DNA from: Mytilus edulis
Lineage: Eukaryota
Length of the DNA stretch: 64,000 bases
Reading direction: 5' to 3'
NCBI RefSeq assembly: GCF_963676685.1
Contig: NC_092344.1
Span: 64,790,001 to 64,854,000 of the forward strand
The notes under the pieces were generated by a model, which saw nothing but the letters and a program-made list of their open reading frames with translations, made no database searches and was not told the origin of the DNA. Shown piece by piece: positions 52,804-64,000 of the stretch (position 1 is the first letter of the stretch; every line of letters begins with the position of its first letter). Both the position numbers and the translations under genes were made by a program.

Positions 52804-53989
52804 GGACAAGCGTAATCAGTTGTAGTGTAGAACTGTAAATCTTTCAAAAAGGGCAGTACTGCCTCTTGTAGAAACTGTTTAAAGGAGCCAGAAAAACTGT
52901 TTCACATGTAATATTAATAAGATGTGGCATGATTGACATCCGCTATAAAAAAAAAGTTCCAATAAAGGGGATGTGAGCAATCAGACAACCGTACGACCTT
53001 CAGTTGTGAGAGAATACCATACCGTATAGTGGTCTATAAAAGACTGTTCTTAAACATTTTAAAATAAGTTACTTTTCTAGATACTTTGAAAGTACTTTGA
53101 TTTGTGGGTTATAATTTTTTTTGTGTCAGCAAAAGTTGCATAATCGTAGGTTATTCAATTCGTGGACTTTTTTTTATTAATAACAATAGTGAAAACGTGA
53201 AGCCTTAAATAATCAAGATTCTTTAAAATAATCAAATCTTGTTTAATAGTGATTTGTGTCACATTAAAAAAAAGTGACGTGTTCGTCTTTCATTACTGAC
53301 AACATTTATTAACATTTTTTTTAAACTTCTGCCTTCGGTAATTAGGTGGCTCATGTATGTGTGTAAATTGTTTCGATCGGGAAAAAAATGCAGAATTAAC
53401 ATTTTAAATATTACACATGTGTAATCAGAGGTGATTACCAGAGATCAAAATGTTCAACAAATTAGCTATCATTTAAGTCGTTCATTTCGCCAATGTTAAA
53501 TTGAAATATACTACAAATATACTTCAATATCGTAAAATATATGCCTGTGAAATAAAACAACAGCTTCTCTTATCGTCACCGGTGAAAACTAATTTTACAC
53601 GAGAATTAAAAGTCTAAAAGTTTTTTGAAAGATTAAAGGAGTAAACAAAATAAGATTATGTTCAAGTATTAAAAAGGTCAAACCTACATGTTGATCCTTC
53701 CATGTCTTGATTTGGGCAACAGTTTTTCTTTTTTGTAGGACACTTAAATTCGTGGACAAATTCCATGGAAATTAGGAAATCTGGTACCCAACGAATAAAG
53801 ATCCTTCTACAGCCTTTTTTTAAGAGACGTTAGAACTTTTCTCAACTGTTAAAAAATTATTATACACGGTGATTTTATCTGAAACAATTACTTTAATCTA
53901 ATGTTGTGTTTTCATATAAATTGACATCTACATTTTCTAAATTTCGTACATTTATTTTTCTATTATTTAGACATTGGATTGTCTCTTAA

Positions 53990-54763
53990 AGATGTATTCT
54001 TCAGACTTTTCAGTCTCGTTCAGTCTCGTTGAAATCTCGTTCTGGAATTATTTCCAAAACGTGTTATCCAAGTGGAAAATATCAATGAATTTTAGAAATA
54101 TTATAATCGAACATAACTCTATGAAAAAAATTGTGTATTCACAATGAATGGTTTTTAAGTAATCAAGTTTTCAAATTTTACGACCAATCAAGTCAGTATT
54201 TTAGCCAAATTTTGAGAAATGGGTTAGGGATACAAAACATGATTTTACAAGAATCATGTACATCCCATATCATTTTGGTCTTTTCAATTTTCTTAGATAT
54301 GTTTTTTTTCAATCATTTATAACAAAAAAGTTTAAATAATATGCATTTTGTTCTTAAAACTGGGAAAAATCACAAAAATACAAAATTGACAGCATGGTAA
54401 ATTTTACACAAAAAAGCGTCAAAATTTAATAAACATTTCTTATATTAACACCTTCCTATAGTTTTTTTTTAAGTAAAATTTATTCAGATTGGTCCACTTC
54501 ATCTTTATAGAAAGTATGAAAAAAATTTAAATGTGGAACTGTGATTTTTTTCACGAAAATAGCCCAAAAATAGGTAAAATTTGATGAAAAATGGGAAAAT
54601 CATCAAAATTGAGCATTTTCAAAGGACCGTAGCAAAAAAAGAAGTGCATCACCGTATGATTTTTTTCTTCACTAATTATTTTGTTAGTCTTATAAACCCA
54701 AAAATCAGGTTAAGAAAAAAAGTTTAATTCTCGAAATTTTTGGCTTCTCAGAGGTGTACATTA
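53990..54763 (+). mobile_element. ~770-bp non-autonomous TIR element with TTAA TSD, copy A
   Basis: TTAA|agatgtattctt...gaggtgtacatta|TTAA; colinear with 56836-57589. Confidence 0.8.
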
Positions 54764-55209
54764 TTAATGTCCTTAATTACGAATCCATTATTTTTACTCT
54801 ATTTTATTGTTATGATAATTCTTGTGCTATTTTAGCTAACATCGCTGGTTTCAATCACTCTCAAATTTCCGTTAATTATTCTATAGTTAATCAATTAGTT
54901 TTCTTTGTTTTTGTGACGACAGTTATCAAATATTGTCTATGTGATGTGAGTAGTGAATTAACAGTTAAACTACTTTAGTAAACACCAGGGGACAGCAATC
55001 AATATTGACTAATGGTATCTGAATGAAATAATTGCATTGAAGTTATACGCTGTTGTCAATCGACTTAGTTTCATCCTATTTCATTTGCCATCTGTTTTAA
55101 AAAAACAGTAACCACAGATTAATATTACTAAGAGTTATATAATTATCGCCGCACTGTCCTTAGTTACAACATATTAATTCTGGACATTCAAGTTTTTTTT
55201 ACTAGAAGC

Positions 55210-56523
55210 ATGAATGTACTGCTATTTGCGTTCGTAATTACTGCAGTAAAGGCTGCTTCATATTCTGACGAGAAACGGTTAAAAGAGTATTTGCTAGCCA
55301 ATTATTCAAGAGGTGTGAAACCAAAAACTAATCTAAGTGAATCACTTACAATAATTGTTGATCTTTACTTGAACTCAGTCATCGACTTTGATGTTATAAC
55401 TGGAATTATGACCATTGCTGGAATATTTTATATAACATGGGAAGATGAACAAATTGCTACAAGGTGGAACAATTCGGAATTCTCTGATATCGCTTTGACA
55501 CATTTTCATGTACACGAAGTATGGGTTCCAAAGTTATATATTCGGAATATGGCGGAGGAAACATCAATTTATCAGTTTAGCAGCACGTTTGATAGTGAGT
55601 CAACATATGTAACGTTTTTTCAAAATGGAACAGCTATAACAAGTTTAGTAACTGTCTTTCACACAACGTGTAACACGGATATAACAAATTACCCTTTCGA
55701 TAAACATACATGTGATATAACAGTTATTCCACGGAACCTTTTCAGTTCCCTTATTCTTGAAACGTCAGTTACTTCCGTTTTAAATGAGTACACAATTGAA
55801 AATTCTGAATGGAGTGTATGTTCTGCAGTTCAACAGGACCTTTTAGGTTCAGTATCGAACGTCAATTTTGTTCTATACTTAACTCGTAAACCATATTTCC
55901 TGGTTCTGAATTTAGTATTACCATCTATTATCATATGCACAGTTAATAGTTTATCGTTCTTGATACCAGTAGAATCAGGTGAGAGATTGTCATTCTGTGT
56001 CAGTCTTCTGTTAACATACATTGTTTTTTTAACAACTGTTTTGGACAAACTACCTTCTACAGACACGGTGTCGTGTTTCAATGTATATTTGTTTTTACAA
56101 CTTATTTATAGCAGTTTTACAGTCTTTGGAATAATAAAAACTCTCGAGTACTATCATTACGATTGCAAAAAAGTCGTTCCTATGTCATACAAAAACATAG
56201 TGAGATACTTGCACAAGTTCTTGTGTTATGTAAAAATTGCACCAATCAAAACGATAATGGTGACGACAAAATCATCAAAAGAAGATCATTCTCCTTTAGG
56301 CAATAGTCAGAACGTTGACGAAGACAAAGGAAATCACCAGAAGAGGGACATGACAGATTATGACCATAAAGAATCATCAAATAATCTCTGCAATGGACGT
56401 CATCATACTACATGGCGAGATGTAGCAGAGACATTAGACCGGGTTCTCAATATGATAGCTATAATTGTTGCTTTGTTTAATTTCATTGTGTTCTGTATAA
56501 TCATGATTGGATTGCAAAATTAA
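55210..56523 (+). CDS. Intronless Cys-loop ligand-gated ion channel subunit (nAChR-like, non-alpha, divergent), copy 2, 437 aa
   Basis: Signal peptide MNVLLFAFVITAVKA, VWVPKLYIRN, Cys-loop CNTDITNYPFDKHTC, ENSEW, M1-M3 nearly identical to copy 1, WRDVAETLDR-M4. Confidence 0.93.
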   Translation: MNVLLFAFVITAVKAASYSDEKRLKEYLLANYSRGVKPKTNLSESLTIIVDLYLNSVIDFDVITGIMTIAGIFYITWEDEQIATRWNNSEFSDIALTHFHVHEVWVPKLYIRNMAEETSIYQFSSTFDSESTYVTFFQNGTAITSLVTVFHTTCNTDITNYPFDKHTCDITVIPRNLFSSLILETSVTSVLNEYTIENSEWSVCSAVQQDLLGSVSNVNFVLYLTRKPYFLVLNLVLPSIIICTVNSLSFLIPVESGERLSFCVSLLLTYIVFLTTVLDKLPSTDTVSCFNVYLFLQLIYSSFTVFGIIKTLEYYHYDCKKVVPMSYKNIVRYLHKFLCYVKIAPIKTIMVTTKSSKEDHSPLGNSQNVDEDKGNHQKRDMTDYDHKESSNNLCNGRHHTTWRDVAETLDRVLNMIAIIVALFNFIVFCIIMIGLQN

Positions 56524-56593
56524 AACAGTCTAGTTAATTTACCTTTCAGCATGTTCAGCTTTTATAATTCATATAACTTGCATTTCTTTTTAA

Positions 56594-57918
56594 GGTGACT
56601 CGTGGGTACAAAAATTTCAGCAAAAATTTGAACCTTTATTTTTTCATTACAAATTTTATTTATTACACTATTAGTTATGACTTTATGATATGGTAAAAAA
56701 ATCAACCCAAAAAATCGATTCGGTTTGGCCCAAGATGACTTTTAAAATGTCTATATCATTGAAAAAGCTCCAAATTATCTCCCTTTGGTGCATAAATGCC
56801 ATTTTTTGGCATTAAATTTGAAATATCTTTTCTAAAGATGTATTCTTCTGACTTTTCAGTCTGGTTCAGTCTCGTTGAAATCTCGTTCTTGAATTATATC
56901 CAAAATATGTAATACAAGTGGAAAATATCAATGAATTTTAAAAAGATAACTCTGTGAAAAAATTGTGTATTTACAATGAATGGTTTTTGAGTAATCCAGT
57001 TTTCAAATTTTACGGCCAATCAAGTCAGTATTTTTAGCTAAAATTTTGGGAAAATGGGTTATGGATACCAAAATTGTATTTACAAGAATCATGTACATCC
57101 CATATCATTTTGTTTTTTTCAAAATTATTAGATATGTATTTTTTCAATCACTTATTACAAAAAAGTTGAAATAATTTGCATTTTGTTCTTAAAACTGGAG
57201 AAAATCACAAAAATACAAAATTGATAGCATGGTAAATTTTACACAAAAAAGCGTCAAAATATGATAAAACTTTCTTATATTAACACGTACTTATAGTTTT
57301 TTTTTCGTAAAATTTATTTAGATTGGTCCACCTTATCTTTATAGAAAGTATGAAAAAAGTTTAATTGCGGAACTGTGATTTTTTTCACGACAATAGCCCA
57401 AAATAGGTAAAAATCGATGAAAAATGGGAAAATCGTCAAAATTTGGCATTTTCAAAGGGCCGTAGCAATAAAAGAAGTGCACCACCATATAATGTTTTCT
57501 TCACCAATTATTTTTTTACAGTCTTATGAACCCCAAAATCATAAAAAGTTTAATTCTAGAAATTTTTGGCTCCTAAGAAGTGTACATCCTTAACTGATCG
57601 GTGACCTATTTTTTTTATTATTGTTTTCATATAAGCTGTACAATAACTAAATAATTGTAAAATTTAAGCGACTTCTGTAATTAAGTTATTTTTTTTTCTT
57701 CGATATTACCTCTATTTCTCCTATCAGTTCAACCTAAAAAAAAGGACATTAACAAAAATGTATGCTTCTGTCAGAGGCAGATTGTCAGCTTAGATAAACG
57801 GTGACCCCATTTTTTTATTTCATTTTTCTTTTAAGTATATGATAAAGTTCATTTATAAAAAAAATATAGGAAAATCCTATATTAGAAAACAAAATTTGAT
57901 TTATACCCAGGAGCCCCC
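56594..57918. mobile_element. Kolobok-like TTAA element (family of 48156-48700) with nested copy B of the 770-bp element at 56836-57589
   Basis: TTAA|ggtgactcgtgggtac...tacccaggagccccc|TTAA; the host sequence aaatatctttt...resumes as ctgatcggtgacctat after the insert, which is bounded by ctaa and ttaa. Confidence 0.85.
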
Positions 57919-57944
57919 TTAAGTATGATGAACTTTTATTTTTA

Positions 57945-58980
57945 TAATGTATATAAAAAAGAAACAAGTGATCAACTTACAGTCGAAGCTAACATGAAAC
58001 CTATGATATAAGCGGATACATACATTTGTCTATTTAGTTTATTAACTCTTCACTTTATAATTTGATTTTATAATTTTTTTTTATGAAACCGAGTATGAAA
58101 ACAGCTAAATCGATAAGTGATAAACTTTATTTGTATGGTGATTAATTGTGTTAAATCCATAATTACGATATTTACTCACAATAGAATGGTCCTGAGTTAC
58201 ATGTAGATCAATTTTATTCATTAAAGGAAGAACATTTGATCGTTAAAATGTTAATCATGTTTGTTGAGAAATCCATGCCAAATTGTGTAATTCAATTGTT
58301 ACATTTGTACGTATGACAGAAAAACTTCAATATTTCGGAAAATTATGGCTCGTCATTTTTTCTTCTTTTTATTGAATTCTTTATTCTAATGAATTAAAAA
58401 AAGAACAAGTGATAAACTTATGATCAATGCTAGCATGAAAACCATGATATTAAATTTTATATAGATTTGTTAATACAATTCAGTAACTCACAAACATATA
58501 ATTTTACTTCATTTCATGAAACCAATTATACAAACATTTAAATTGATAAGTGATAAATCCATAATTAATGATATTTACATACTATGGAATGGTCATGAGT
58601 TAGATCAATATTTATCATTAATGGAATACTAAACATTTAATTGTTAAAATGTTAATCATGTTTGTTAAGATTTCCATACCTATTTGTTTAATTTGCAATT
58701 GATTGTTGAATTCTAATGAATATAAAAAAAGAACAAGTGATCAACCCGAAAAGCTAGCATGGAAATCATTATATAAACGGAGACATAAATTTGTTAATCA
58801 ATTCATTTACTCATCAATTTACAATTTAAGTTCATTTCATGAAACCGATTATACAAACATTTAAATGGATAAGTGATAAACTTTATTTGTATGGTGATTA
58901 ATTGTAGTAAATCCATAATTAATGATAATTATTCACTATGGAGTGGTCATTTGTTAAATCAATTTTAATCATTAAAGGAG
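57945..58980. repeat. Degenerate long tandem repeat (three ~300-440 bp units)
   Basis: Recurring aaaaagaacaagtgat...gcta.catg...gaaacc...gataagtgataaa...aaatccataatt...ggtc at ~57955, ~58398 and ~58725. Confidence 0.75.
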
Positions 58981-58983
58981 GTA

Positions 58984-60223
58984 TCAATCTCTGGCGCAGA
59001 GTTCATATCCGTTCTATACATGCTCCACCATTCTGCACTTGGTAGAGGTTTCCCGATTTGCTAACGTACCAGTACGAACTAGGAACCGTCATTGAACGTT
59101 TGAAATTAATTAATTTATGCCCTTAAAGTCAACGCATGTTTCATGAATTATTACCAACATTATTTGGAGGATTTTTAGCTTCAACATAAAATAAAATTCA
59201 TTTTGATATTTTCATTTTTCGTAACAAATGATATTGTGTGTACTCGATTACAATTTCAACCAACCGTTGCTAGTACCAACTGCACAAACGGTTTGAATTA
59301 AGATGTGTTTCCCCTGAAATTGCACAGACAAAAAGAAGCTAATTATAAAGCACATTCATATGTTTATCTGATATAATGTTCTCCTGTAATATTTATATAA
59401 CAGTATGTAATTTCATTTAAGTATGAGTATATGGCAATAATTCTAGTCGTTTAAATTCAATAATTCAAGAGTTGGTGGGTTTTTTCATAGGCAACAGAAA
59501 AGTAGATACTGACCTTTCTTTTCTTTCAGTTTACTTGTTAAGGTTGCATTTCTAGAAAGGAAAATTTCTTAAGTTGTTAATAATAAAGATAGGAAGAGTG
59601 CTCTTTTCTCACTCATTATGAAATCTCAGCTCCCGCATCCTCTCAAGAAAAAATATTTTGCTGCAATTATCGATATAGATTACATGAATAATATTTACTA
59701 ATTTCAAAATCATGCAAGGACTTTATGTAATTGTAATATGGAATCAACAATAGAAAGAATTTCATAGTTTTTATTTTAATTATTCCAACTTCTGCTTACA
59801 ATTTTTTTTTATATATAAATAAACGACGGAAAAGCAATACTATAACAAACAGAAATACCAATCTATATTTAGAATCTAATTAAAACGTCGAGTCAACTCA
59901 GTTCTTTTTAGGTCTGTTTGATTCATGACCTTGTGCACAGCTGAATTATATCATAAAGATTCATAAACAAAGTCTCCTAGAAACTTTGAAATCGTTATCA
60001 AATAAAACGTTAACCTATTTTTTACTGATATGCATTTCAATTCGTTTCATTTTCTAAGGACGAATAAAATAATCTCATGCATTAAATGATGCCTCTAAAA
60101 CTGCACTAAACGATAAGTTACATACAAACCGTACATGGTACGTTGCAAATCGGGAAACCTCTAATATGAGTGTAGTGTTACTAAAAAGTAGTGAACGGAT
60201 AAGATCTCTGCGCTTAAAATTGA
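58984..60223. mobile_element. ~1.2-kb element with long imperfect inverted arms inserted in the third tandem unit
   Basis: tcaat..gcgcagagttcatatccgttc pairs with gaacggataagatctctgcgc..attga; agaggtttcccgatttgctaacgtacca pairs with tggtacgttgcaaatcgggaaacctct; tandem-unit-like sequence resumes after 60223. Confidence 0.7.
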
Positions 60224-61402
60224 GGAAGCATTAGATTGTATAATATTTATCATTTTTGTTTAAATTTCCTTACCAAATTGTCACATTTAATGTTTAGAAA
60301 ATCATGGGTCATCATTTTAAAATATTTTTTTTTCGAACGTTTACTTTTAATTCTACCTAACAAAGATGTCAAGAAAAATGAACCTGGCTCACTAAAATAT
60401 GAACTTTTTTCAAAGATAGGAATATGTATTATATATATTAGTGTATACTTAATCATTGTTGATAACAATAAGTTAATATTAGTAAGTAAACTTTATCTAG
60501 GGTCTGTCATGATTATTCAAATTACCACAGTAAACAGTAGTGCTATAAACCGACTGAATATCAAAAAACAAATAACAATTTATAAGCATTTGACATTTTA
60601 CATATATAAATGAAATACATGCATAGTATAATAGCTAAGCAAACATGCATACATCAAAGCAAGCAAGATACAATGCTTAGACGATGTTTATACTTGAAGC
60701 TTTGATCTAATATAATATATGCACTGGTAGTCGTAATTGTTAGATCGTGATGGACTAGTTTAGTTTCACACTTTTATTTTTAGTTGGATATAGAAATGCA
60801 TTGCAAGTGTATTGAAATACCACTAAAAAAGTACAAAGCACTAAAATATATAGAATAAAATGCAACGTTACCGTAAGGATAAGCCGATAATCTTGTTCAT
60901 TGCAGATATATATTAAATATTTGTTTTGTTTTATCGAAGGTGTTAGTCACTTAAAACTTTATTAGAGTTTATATTACATACTTTCAAACTTTTCTTGACT
61001 TAAAAGTTGAAATATAAGATTTTATACTTGTCCACCCATTTGGGATTGATTTCAAACGATATAGGATAACATTATTTTGATAAGCTATTTTAAGGTAACG
61101 ATTGCATATTGTATCTGTCTGAATGAATCATTGGCCAAAAGCTAGGTATGTTTTCCCTTTCTAATTTTTAAGAAGCTATATAAGCATTGAAATACAGTCC
61201 GTCTTGATTTCACGTTATATTTCTTATTGTCAATCTAAAATGCCAAAATATACTTTTGAACTTAAAAAATCAGTAGGTTTAAATAATCATAATTTTAATG
61301 TTTTGTTGCTTTCGATTAAACCAAACATGTTTTCTTAATTATATCCTAGAAATAGATACAATCAAATTCGGATACCATCAATATATTTCAGGGTTTGTTT
61401 AA

Positions 61403-61610
61403 GGGGGTAGACCTTGGTTCAGGGAGATAACTCTTTAAATCAGTTAAGCGTTTGTAAAAGTCAAGTTCATCAATGTATTTTAAGCATGCACCTGAAACAG
61501 ATTGAAAATAATCTATGTAACCTAGAAGCTTAGAATATATTTTTGAAAATGGTTGACACAAACGTACTGGTGATTTAAAGAGTTATTTCCCTTAACCTAG
61601 GTCTACCTCC
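61403..61610. mobile_element. MITE with TTAA TSD (Kolobok-like)
   Basis: TTAA|gggggtagaccttggttcagggagataactctttaaatca...tgatttaaagagttatttcccttaacctaggtctacctcc|TTAA. Confidence 0.88.
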
Positions 61611-61897
61611 TTAAATGGTGCGAAATCCTGACAATTTAAAAAAAATAAATCTGTTCTGTCATTCTTTTGCTCTTGCTTGAGGTTTTTTTTTATTTTCCAA
61701 AAATTAGAAAAAATATTTGACCAATACCTTGAAATTTTTTATTGAGGGTATATATTTTGATTTTAATTTTTTTTTGAAGTCAAATATTTATTGTCATATA
61801 AACTCTGAACAATAAGTTTGTGACAAATAATATAAACATACACAAAATACATTTAACAAACAAAACCATGAAAACAAAAAAAAAGCAAAAAAGCAAA

Positions 61898-62690
61898 AAG
61901 TAAAATCACAAAAATACTGAACTTAGAGGAAAATCAATTCGGAAAGTCCATAATCACATGGCAAAATCAAATAATAAAACACATAAAAAACGAATGGACA
62001 AGAACTGTCATATTCCTGACTTGGTACAGGCATTTTTAAATGTAGAAAATGGTGGATTAAACCTGGTTTTATAGCGCTGACCCTCTCACTTTGATGACAG
62101 TCTCATCAAATTCCGTTATATTTACATTAATGCGTTAACTAAACAGACACAATAAATAAAATAGTCAAAATATGGGTACATCAGTCATCATCGTATAACA
62201 ATTTTAAAAGGAACAATTTAACAGAACACAAAAACATCTATCTACAAACACATTCATTGATTTTTGTGTCTGACGTCAGAAAATTTTATACGTCACATAG
62301 ATTTATCGTTCAATGTGCATACAAACAATTTTGAAATTTACATAGGCAATATAAGCATATAGGGTTTAAAAATCAAAAGTATGTAAGAATACATTTCAGA
62401 AATAGACCGAGATTGAAAATAGTCCAAAAGTTATATATAGAATTTATAAGAATCAACAATAGTTAATTCCACTGCGCGATTGAATGATTTTGACGTTTAT
62501 GGTTCAACGTATTTTGTAATTCATAATAGAAATATATCATAATGACATAAAATAGAACAATATCATACTGACGGGATCTGTTAAAGTACAGAGTCACGTT
62601 ATAAGAACCAAAGAAATACAAAAAGTCGCATATACAAAACACACCACCAAAAAATGAAAAACAATACAAACACATTGACGAGATGTATCA
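61898..62690 (-). mobile_element. Long SINE-like repeat (cctgtaccaagtcaggaatatgacag family)
   Basis: Contains the reverse complement of the shared core (ctgtcatattcctgacttggtacaggcattt...ggtggattaaacctggtttt). Confidence 0.6.
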
Positions 62691-62759
62691 GTACAAAACA
62701 ATCTATCTATATGATATATAAATATATTTTATAAATAAATCAAGAGTCCTCTGTCCTCA

Positions 62760-63180
62760 GTTCTAATGCCTGTTTAAAAACGGACCCTAAGCTTCCTACT
62801 TCTTTTGAGGTTGATTGACAAAGAAGATATTTAATATTTTCATTTTCTTGCCAAGACATAAAACCTGGCATATGTTTAATTACATTTCCTATAAAGTTAT
62901 CTCTTAGTTTAGTAATTTTTTTTCAGTATAAAATAAAATGGGCTTCATTATCCATTGTGTTACAGGATGTGCATAGTCTTTTTCTCTAGGTATTGTTAAA
63001 TTTCCTTCCTTTTCTATCATTAAATTATGATCGCTTATTCTCATTTTTGTTATGTTACTTCTCTTTTCAAAAGATTTACAGTTGAAGTAGTTTTCCATTT
63101 CTAAATTTTGCTTTAAACTTTTATATAAATACAATTTACTTTTTTGATCTATGTTTGCAAATTTTTATTCAAATATATTT
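62760..63180 (-). pseudogene. Decayed 3' end of a non-LTR retrotransposon ORF2 (RTE-X/L2-like)
   Basis: ITKMRISDHNLMIEK-G...IPREK(R)LC..C...EAHFI: the C-terminal Cys/His region typical of these LINEs, frameshifted. Confidence 0.65.
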
Positions 63181-63309
63181 GTGTAGAAATTTAAGAAATT
63201 GATATTTTATGGTTTTTTTTAAAATTTTTGAGTAATTTTTTTCTTTTAATGTATAATTGGGTAATGGGTTATTCCTTCTGTATTCTTAAGGCAATCGAAA
63301 TCGAAGTCG

Positions 63310-63395
63310 ATAGCACTTGTGTGGAATTCGAACTCATAACCTCAGTGTTGACTGGCTAGTGATACAGTTGTTACACACAGCAACCGAGGCTCCCT
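63310..63395 (-). mobile_element. tRNA-derived SINE head fragment
   Basis: Minus strand gggagcctcggttgc...gaggttatgagttcgaattcc gives a B-box-like motif; not a full cloverleaf. Confidence 0.45.
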
Positions 63396-64000
63396 GAACA
63401 ATAGAAGATGTGAGGGATTAGTCAATAATAAAAAAACAAAGGACCTAAACACACAGACGAAAAGCGGTCATTAGTTTTCTGTAACGTAGGACAAATCCCT
63501 AATATACAAATATAAACATGCTATAGAACCTGAAGTAACAGTCATACCAAGAATTAAACAAAAGACTAAGATCACGACAATTGTAGTCGCACATGGATTG
63601 GATTTGAAAAGTTTTGTAGTAATGCTCATCGTTTAAGTGAGGAATATTTGTATACTCTATGGGTGATGTATCAATTATTTGCATGGAAACGGTAAAATAG
63701 ACATTCAAACCATTTTGTATGTAATATAATGGTAGTTAGTTATTGTGTTAAGGAATTTTTTCATCAAATCATGCTTATATATTTAAACTTGTCTTGTGTG
63801 TGAATTTTTCGTCCACGTTTGTTATTTGTTTTTCACTTGGACATGGCGATTCGTGATGGTACGATCACTGCATACGCACGAAATCTTGATGCTGGTGGTA
63901 ATGGTTTATTGTTTTTTTTTCATGTTAAAATCTAACTGCTAGTTAAAAATAGACCAACACAACGATCTATATGACAAACTAAAGTGTGAAAATAATAATT

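Noticed and set aside
60236-60613. 125-aa ORF
   Set aside because: TTG start, low-complexity AT-driven composition, no domain or splice support.

Overview
AT-rich, intron- and repeat-rich eukaryotic genomic DNA. The repeat families and gene types look like a bivalve mollusc, most likely a Mytilus mussel (inference). I reconstructed five + strand protein genes by hand from GT-AG splice sites with consistent reading phases. (1) The 3' 11 exons of an M13 (neprilysin/ECE-family) protein that has lost its HExxH zinc motif and carries an inserted segment flanked by putative convertase sites (371-15831). (2) An intronless RING/B-box/B-box/coiled-coil/beta-propeller TRIM gene (19998-21941). (3, 5) Two intronless paralogous Cys-loop cation channel subunits that lack the acetylcholine aromatic box and vicinal cysteines (24447-25754, 55210-56523). 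(4) Between them, an 11-exon secreted 706-aa protein: signal peptide, Tyr-rich tag resembling mussel foot proteins, Thr/Ser repeats, then three vWA domains, the last with a dead MIDAS site (37176-47087). The rest is a mosaic of non-autonomous transposons: TIR/foldback MITEs, TTAA-type elements (some nested), a Helitron, Helentron-like elements, tRNA-derived SINEs, decayed Penelope-like RT fragments and repeats carrying minimal hammerhead ribozyme motifs. The most interesting candidates are the divergent, possibly sensory, receptor pair, the Tyr-tagged triple-vWA matrix/adhesive protein and the pseudo-neprilysin. Family names rest on motif recognition only; no database search was run.
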